Part shown: positions 58,787-64,000 of the stretch, in pieces
Numbering within the stretch: the stretch's first letter is position 1
Layout: every line of letters starts with the position of its first letter
Assembly: GCA_963761335.1 (NCBI GenBank)
Contig: CAVXGR010000016.1
Span: 224,001 to 288,000 of the forward strand
Origin: an uncultured delta proteobacterium
GTDB lineage: Bacteria > Desulfobacterota > Binatia > HRBIN30 > BPIQ01
Direction: 5' to 3'
DNA length: 64,000 bases
Notes under the pieces: model-generated
The model's database searches: none
What the model was told of the DNA's origin: nothing
What the model saw: the letters and a program-made list of their open reading frames with translations, nothing else
Position numbers and translations under genes: made by a program

Positions 58787-59533
58787 TTAGCGCGACGGAT
58801 GCATGCGGCGAATCTTCCTCATGCCGAGAAGCTCGACGAACTCGCCGAAGGTGTGGCGGCTCAGCTCTTTCATCCGCTCGATGTGACCGGCCGTCTGCCG
58901 GCGGATGGAATCGGGGTCGACCTTGCCGTTCATGCTCTCGATCTCTCGGCGGTGCACCGGCACCCGCAGCCAGCGCTCGATGAGGTGCTCGTCGGCCTCG
59001 AGATGGAACTGGAAGCCGTAGATGTTGGTGCCGTAGCGAAATGCCTGGCTGGAGCACTGCGGCGAGGAGGCCAGGTGGACGGCGCCGCGGGGGATGTCGA
59101 AGGTATCGCGGTGCCACTGGAAGAGCTGCTCGGTGGCGCGGAAGTGTTGCAGCAGGGGGTCGGCGCGCGCCGCGGCGGTGAGGGTGACCGGATACCAGCC
59201 GATCTCGCGCTCGGGGTTCTGTTCGACTCGGGCTCCCAATGCCTTGGCGATCAGCTGCGCTCCCAGGCAGATGCCGAGGACCGGGATGTGGGTCTCGATC
59301 GCCCGCTCGATCAGGCGCAGCTCGGTGCTCAGGTGGGGGTGATCGCCGACTTCGTCGACGCTCATCGGACCGCCCAGGATCACCAGACCGTGATAGCCGT
59401 CGAGGTGGGGCTGGGCGTCGGGGTGACGGCCGAAGTTGACGTAACGCATACGGAATCCGGCCGCCTTGAAGAGAGGGTTGAGAGTGCCGAGGATCTCGAA
59501 GGCGACGTGCTGGCAGACGAGAAGTTTCTTCAT
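58787..59533 (-). CDS. class I glutamine amidotransferase-like protein
   Basis: LGGPMS, GICLGAQ, QWH, QFHLE. Confidence 0.9.
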   Translation of the reverse strand: MKKLLVCQHVAFEILGTLNPLFKAAGFRMRYVNFGRHPDAQPHLDGYHGLVILGGPMSVDEVGDHPHLSTELRLIERAIETHIPVLGICLGAQLIAKALGARVEQNPEREIGWYPVTLTAAARADPLLQHFRATEQLFQWHRDTFDIPRGAVHLASSPQCSSQAFRYGTNIYGFQFHLEADEHLIERWLRVPVHRREIESMNGKVDPDSIRRQTAGHIERMKELSRHTFGEFVELLGMRKIRRMHPSR

Positions 59534-59562
59534 TACTTCAATCGGTTACCGGGCGGATCTAA

Positions 59563-59627
59563 GGACAAACCCCTAGTTTGGCTCGGGGAAGTCCCAATTG
59601 AATCAAGAAGAGCCGGAATGCAATGGT
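59563..59627 (+). promoter_or_regulatory. second copy of the tandem-box/promoter motif
   Basis: AAACCCCTA-N9-GGGGAAGTCCCAATTG-N16-AATGCAATGGT. Confidence 0.5.
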
Positions 59628-59678
59628 GCAGTCGTTGGCCAGGGAAGGCCCACTTACCCCGCCCGCAGCTGGATCAGC

Positions 59679-60602
59679 TCAGTTCCCCGAGCCGCTCTTT
59701 CGGGTCATCAGGGTGCGGGCGTCGTAGACGATCTTGGTGCCGGGGGGCACGGACTCGGTGAGCCAGACGTTGCCGCCGATGATCGAGCCGCGGCCGATCA
59801 CGGTGTTGCCCCCGAGAATGGTGGCGCCGGAGTAGATGGTGACGTTGTCCTCGATGGTGGGATGGCGCTTCTGGTTGCGGATCTGCTCGACGCCGGTGCG
59901 CGGCAGGCTCAGGGCACCGAGAGTGACGCCGTGGAAGAGCTTGACGTTGTTGCCGATGGTGCAGGTCTCGCCGATCACCGTGCCCGTACCGTGATCGATG
60001 AAGAAGCTCTCGCCGATCTGAGCCCCCGGGTGGATGTCGATGCCGGTCTGATTGTGGGCGTACTCGCTCATGATGCGCGGGATCATCGGCACCTGCTCGG
60101 CGTAGAGCTCGTGCGCCAGGCGATAGGTGGTGATCGCCTCGATCGCCGGGTAGCTGAAGATGACCTCCTCGACGCTCTTGGCGGCCGGGTCGCCCTCGTA
60201 GGCGGCGAGCACGTCCTTGTTCAGCAGATCCCGGATCGCCGGCAGGCGGGCGAAGAAGCGCATGACCCCCGCCTGGCTCCACTGTCGCTGGCGCGGCGCT
60301 TGCCGCAGGAGGTACGTGTCGTGGTAGGTCACGGCGCGGTGGATCTGCTCGACCAGAAGGTCGTACGCCGGGTAGATGTGCTCGCTGATCGCGAAGCGCA
60401 GACTGCTGCGGCTGAGGGGCTTGCGGCTGTAGAAGCCCAGGTAGACGACCGGCTTCAGGTGGTTCAATGCCTCGATCACGGCGCGGCTGTTGGGCAGGGC
60501 GGCGCTCTCCAGGCTGTCGATCTCGTGGCCGCCGGAATAGCTCTCGACGACGCGGTCAATGGCGGCTTCCAGCTCCGCGTGCAGGCCCTCGGTTTTGCTC
60601 AT
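59679..60602 (-). CDS. cysE: serine O-acetyltransferase (long EpsC-like form)
   Basis: GDPAA, GIDIHPGA, FIDHGTG, GVTLGA, KRHPT. Confidence 0.92.
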   Translation of the reverse strand: MSKTEGLHAELEAAIDRVVESYSGGHEIDSLESAALPNSRAVIEALNHLKPVVYLGFYSRKPLSRSSLRFAISEHIYPAYDLLVEQIHRAVTYHDTYLLRQAPRQRQWSQAGVMRFFARLPAIRDLLNKDVLAAYEGDPAAKSVEEVIFSYPAIEAITTYRLAHELYAEQVPMIPRIMSEYAHNQTGIDIHPGAQIGESFFIDHGTGTVIGETCTIGNNVKLFHGVTLGALSLPRTGVEQIRNQKRHPTIEDNVTIYSGATILGGNTVIGRGSIIGGNVWLTESVPPGTKIVYDARTLMTRKSGSGN

Positions 60603-60734
60603 CGTGCGCTCCCCCACTGGCTTTCCGTCTGAGCATTATGCGCCGCTCCCCCCCTGGTACAAGCCGGGAGCGCGGCCAGCTTGTACACGGCAATCCCTCG
60701 GTGCTACGGCTTGGCAGCGAACAAGGGGGAAACC

Positions 60735-63700
60735 ATGCGGCGATGCGGTCGGCCGGCTCTGACGGTCATCTTGGTCCTGACTCTGGTCTCCATCGCGGGC
60801 GGGGAGATGCCGTATCCGGCCAACCCGGCGCCCTGCGCTCAGGGAGAGATGGGGCCGGAGTGTATCGAGCCCTTCGAGTTCTCCCGCTATCTCTTTCTGC
60901 CCGAGGCCGAGCCGCCCCTGCGGCCGAACGACTTCAACGACGACTGGAAGCTGACCAGCGGCACCACCGGTATGGCGTCCATCGACTCCAGCCCGCAGGA
61001 GCTCTTCGGTGTGCGCGGCGCCAGCGTCGATCTCGCCTGGCAGGTGACCACCGGGCGCCCGGACGTGATCATCGCCGTGATCGACTCCGGCATCCGCTGG
61101 GCCGAGATGCAGCCGGACGTGGTGAACAAGTTCTATCTCAACCCGGGAGAGCTGCCGGTGCCGGAGGGCAGCGACAACGCCCGCAATCCCTTCGACCGCA
61201 ACCGCGATGGTGTCTTCAACATCCGCGACTACCTCGCCGACGACACGCATGCGCAGGACTCGCGCGTCAGCGACGCCAACGGCAACGGTGTCATCGATCC
61301 GGAGGACCTGATCTTCCTGTTCTCCGATGGCGTCGATGACGACGGCAACGGCTACGTCGACGACATCAGCGGCTGGGACTTCTTCGAGGACGACAACGAC
61401 CCGCTCGACGAAGTGCGCTACGGTCACGGCACCGGCGAGTCGCACGACTCCTCCGCCGAGGCCGACAACGGCATCGGCGGCGTCGGCACCTGCCCCAACT
61501 GTCTGCTCCTGGAGATTCGCGCCGGCGACAGCTTCGTCGCCGAGGTCGATGCCTTCGCGCGCGGCGTCGTCTATGCGGTCGACAACGGTGCTCGGGTGGT
61601 CCAGGAGGCCCTCGGCACCATCGACCACACCCGCTTCGGGCAGGAGGCCATCGACTATGCCTACGAGAACGGCACCGTGGTGATTGCCTCGGCGGCCGAC
61701 GAGGAATCAAACCACCACAACTATCCGGCCAACTATCAGCACACCGTCGAGGTGAACTCGGTCACCCGCTACTCGGACAGCGTCTCACAGACGCCGCGCT
61801 CGTATCTCTACCTCAACGGCTGCACCAACTACGGCGGCCACATCGCCGTCTCGGTGCCGTCGTCCAGCTGCTCTTCGGAGGCGACCGGGCGCGGCGCCGG
61901 AATGGCGGCGCTGGTGATCTCGGCGGCGCTCAACGCCGTTGACGGCGGCACTCTCGAGCCGTACCCGGGCGATGACGGCTCGGCGGCGCCGTTCCCGCTC
62001 TCCGCCGAGGAGGTCAAGCAGATCCTGACGACCACCGCCGACGACATCAACTTCGACGCCCGCGACGATGTGCAGCCGCCGCTGCCGCAGAGCTACTCGA
62101 CGAGCATCCCTTTGCCGTTCCTCAGCAGCCAGCGCTTTCCCTCCACCGCCGGCTGGGACCAGTACTTCGGCTACGGCAGGATCAACGCCAATCAGGCGGT
62201 CCGGCGGGTCGCCGCGGGGCGGATTCCGCCGGAGGCGGCAATCAGCTCGCCCGAGTGGTTCGACATCGTCGACGCCGAGGCCACGGCGCCGATCGCCGTC
62301 CGCGGACGCGCCGCCGCCAACCGGGCGGCGTCCTTCACGTACACTCTTTCGCTAGCGCCCGGAGTGCAGCCCGCTGAGAGCGACTTCCAGGTGGTCGCCA
62401 CCTCGGAGTCGCGCAGCGAACCGCTCGTCGGCGATCTCGGCTCGATCGATGTTGCGGCGCTGCGCCAACGATTGCCGCACGGCGCCGAGGGCCCGGCGAT
62501 CAACGCTGACGGATCGCCGGATCCGGACCGCTTCACCTTCACCGTTCGCCTGCAGGTGATCGACGACCAGGGAAACCTGGGCGAGGATCGCCGGGTCCTG
62601 GCTCTGCATCACGACGCCGATCTCTTTGCCGGATACGACAACGCCGGCACGCCCCTGCATCTCACCTCCGACGGCACCTCGGCGCCGGTCACCGCCGATC
62701 TCAACGGCGACGGCATCGAAGATCTGATCTTCGGCACCTCCGATGGGCAGGTGCACGCTCTGAGCACGCTGCGCGTTCCGAGCGATACGGGACCCCCGAC
62801 CCTGCACCTCGCCGAGCTCCCGGGCTGGCCGGTGTCCACGGATGCGCTCGAGCTGCAGGCCGAGGCGCCCGCCTACGCCAGCGGCGCGATCCAGACGCCG
62901 GTGTACGGCGCCATCCTCGGTGGCGTGGCCGTCGGCGACCTCGACCGCGACGGCACCCTGGAGGTGGTCGCCTCGGACGCGCAGGGCAAGCTCTACGTGT
63001 GGGACCGCAACGGCGTCCGCCGCAGCGGTTTCCCGGTGACCACCCTGCCGCAGTACTCGTTTTCCTTCCGCTCCGAGAGGAACCTCGACACGCCCGAAGG
63101 GCGCGTGCCCGACCTCGTCAATCGACACAACGGCGACAATCGCCTGGGCCGCGCCCTGCTCGGCGGCCCGGCTCTGGGAAATCTGGACGGCTCCGCGGAT
63201 GGCTCTCTGGAGATCGTCGCCGGCTCCTTCGATCGACATCTCTATGCCTGGCACGACGACGGCAGCCCGGTCGACGGCTGGCCGGTTCTGCTGAAGGACC
63301 CGCAGAAGGTCGCCTCCGTCGACCCGGTGACCAACGAGGTGACGCTGGTCCCCGGAGCAAATGCGCGGCTGGGGACCAAGGTCTTGGTTCCGCCTTCTCT
63401 CGGCGACATCGACGGCGACGGCCGCCTCGACGTGGTGGCGGTCGTGAACGAGGAGTACGGCGAGGCGCCGAACGCGCTCTTCACCAACGGCTACGTCAAC
63501 CTCTTCCGTCAGACGGGAGTCCTCGATAGCGGCAACACGCGCGTGTACGCCATCTATGCGGACGGCGTGGCTCACGGCGACTCGGGACTGCACCAGGGCT
63601 GGAATCCCGGCGCCTTTCTTCCCGGATGGCCGGTGAAGACGGCGCTGTTGACCACCGAGCTGCTTCCGGTGGTCGGTAGCGGCAGCAACGGTCCGCCCGC

Positions 63701-64000
63701 CCTCGCCGACGTCGACGGCGACGGTCTCCCGGAGATCGGCACCATGTCCTCCGTGGGTCCGGCGTACGTGTTCAACTCGCAGGGGGTGTCGTTCTTCGGC
63801 CGCAACGATGACGGTACCGACCGCACCCTCGAGAGCGACGTCTTCGGCGCCGACAGCGACGCCGCCGATTCGCCCACCTTCGGGGCTCTCGGCGCGCCGG
63901 TGCTCGCCGAGTTCTGGGGCCGCGGCGGCGGCTTCGCCCTGCTGGGGCCGACCGCGGGGCTCGGCAAGCTGGCCGACAACAACCTGCCGGCGCAACAGAC
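60735..64000 (+). CDS. large secreted S8-family peptidase-like protein with FG-GAP repeats (3' partial)
   Basis: SD GGGGGA plus ATG 60735; signal peptide; AVIDSG, GHGTG, SCSSEAT; repeated DLNGDG/DLDRDG/DIDGDG; frame appears open to the window end, so it is absent from the ORF track. Confidence 0.85.
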   Translation, partial: MRRCGRPALTVILVLTLVSIAGGEMPYPANPAPCAQGEMGPECIEPFEFSRYLFLPEAEPPLRPNDFNDDWKLTSGTTGMASIDSSPQELFGVRGASVDLAWQVTTGRPDVIIAVIDSGIRWAEMQPDVVNKFYLNPGELPVPEGSDNARNPFDRNRDGVFNIRDYLADDTHAQDSRVSDANGNGVIDPEDLIFLFSDGVDDDGNGYVDDISGWDFFEDDNDPLDEVRYGHGTGESHDSSAEADNGIGGVGTCPNCLLLEIRAGDSFVAEVDAFARGVVYAVDNGARVVQEALGTIDHTRFGQEAIDYAYENGTVVIASAADEESNHHNYPANYQHTVEVNSVTRYSDSVSQTPRSYLYLNGCTNYGGHIAVSVPSSSCSSEATGRGAGMAALVISAALNAVDGGTLEPYPGDDGSAAPFPLSAEEVKQILTTTADDINFDARDDVQPPLPQSYSTSIPLPFLSSQRFPSTAGWDQYFGYGRINANQAVRRVAAGRIPPEAAISSPEWFDIVDAEATAPIAVRGRAAANRAASFTYTLSLAPGVQPAESDFQVVATSESRSEPLVGDLGSIDVAALRQRLPHGAEGPAINADGSPDPDRFTFTVRLQVIDDQGNLGEDRRVLALHHDADLFAGYDNAGTPLHLTSDGTSAPVTADLNGDGIEDLIFGTSDGQVHALSTLRVPSDTGPPTLHLAELPGWPVSTDALELQAEAPAYASGAIQTPVYGAILGGVAVGDLDRDGTLEVVASDAQGKLYVWDRNGVRRSGFPVTTLPQYSFSFRSERNLDTPEGRVPDLVNRHNGDNRLGRALLGGPALGNLDGSADGSLEIVAGSFDRHLYAWHDDGSPVDGWPVLLKDPQKVASVDPVTNEVTLVPGANARLGTKVLVPPSLGDIDGDGRLDVVAVVNEEYGEAPNALFTNGYVNLFRQTGVLDSGNTRVYAIYADGVAHGDSGLHQGWNPGAFLPGWPVKTALLTTELLPVVGSGSNGPPALADVDGDGLPEIGTMSSVGPAYVFNSQGVSFFGRNDDGTDRTLESDVFGADSDAADSPTFGALGAPVLAEFWGRGGGFALLGPTAGLGKLADNNLPAQQ

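Overview
GC-rich bacterial chromosome segment, mostly plus-strand. The gene order is deltaproteobacterial-like and possibly Candidatus Binatia (inference only). Positions 1-10 kb hold an LPS core/surface-glycan cluster: lpxK end, Trm112, two GT9, a Kdo kinase, GT4/GT2 enzymes, methyltransferases and rfaE1. Positions 10-46.6 kb are housekeeping genes: yicC, a GT-C membrane protein, an archaeal-type NMP kinase, rel, ridA, rpmB, SCP2, rfaE2, a degenerate pgi, mutL, miaA, pheA-hisC-tyrA-aroA-cmk-rpsA-ihfB-HIT, an AAA+/VWA pair, mutS, amiC, glnD, xerD, S2P, trpS, scpAB, rluB and tRNA-fMet. An accessory region follows the tRNA: an SGNH hydrolase module, a glucuronokinase-like kinase plus nucleotidyltransferase, GNAT plus PaaK-like ligase, a MacAB-like exporter, a GATase, cysE and a large divergent S8/FG-GAP protein running off the end. 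Intergenic DNA is a mosaic of several REP/MITE-like families and 7/8-bp tandem repeats. No CRISPR, integrase or transposase was seen. The best leads are: a PGI homolog lacking its ring-opening His and Lys; an archaeal-type kinase sitting where gmk-rpoZ usually lie; the three-gene SGNH module; a 61-bp regulatory motif conserved at both ends of the ABC-GATase block; a MITE with a 4-bp target duplication nested in a REP; a probable ACG start codon; and recurrent leaderless-type promoters. All calls come from motif recognition by eye; no database searches were run.
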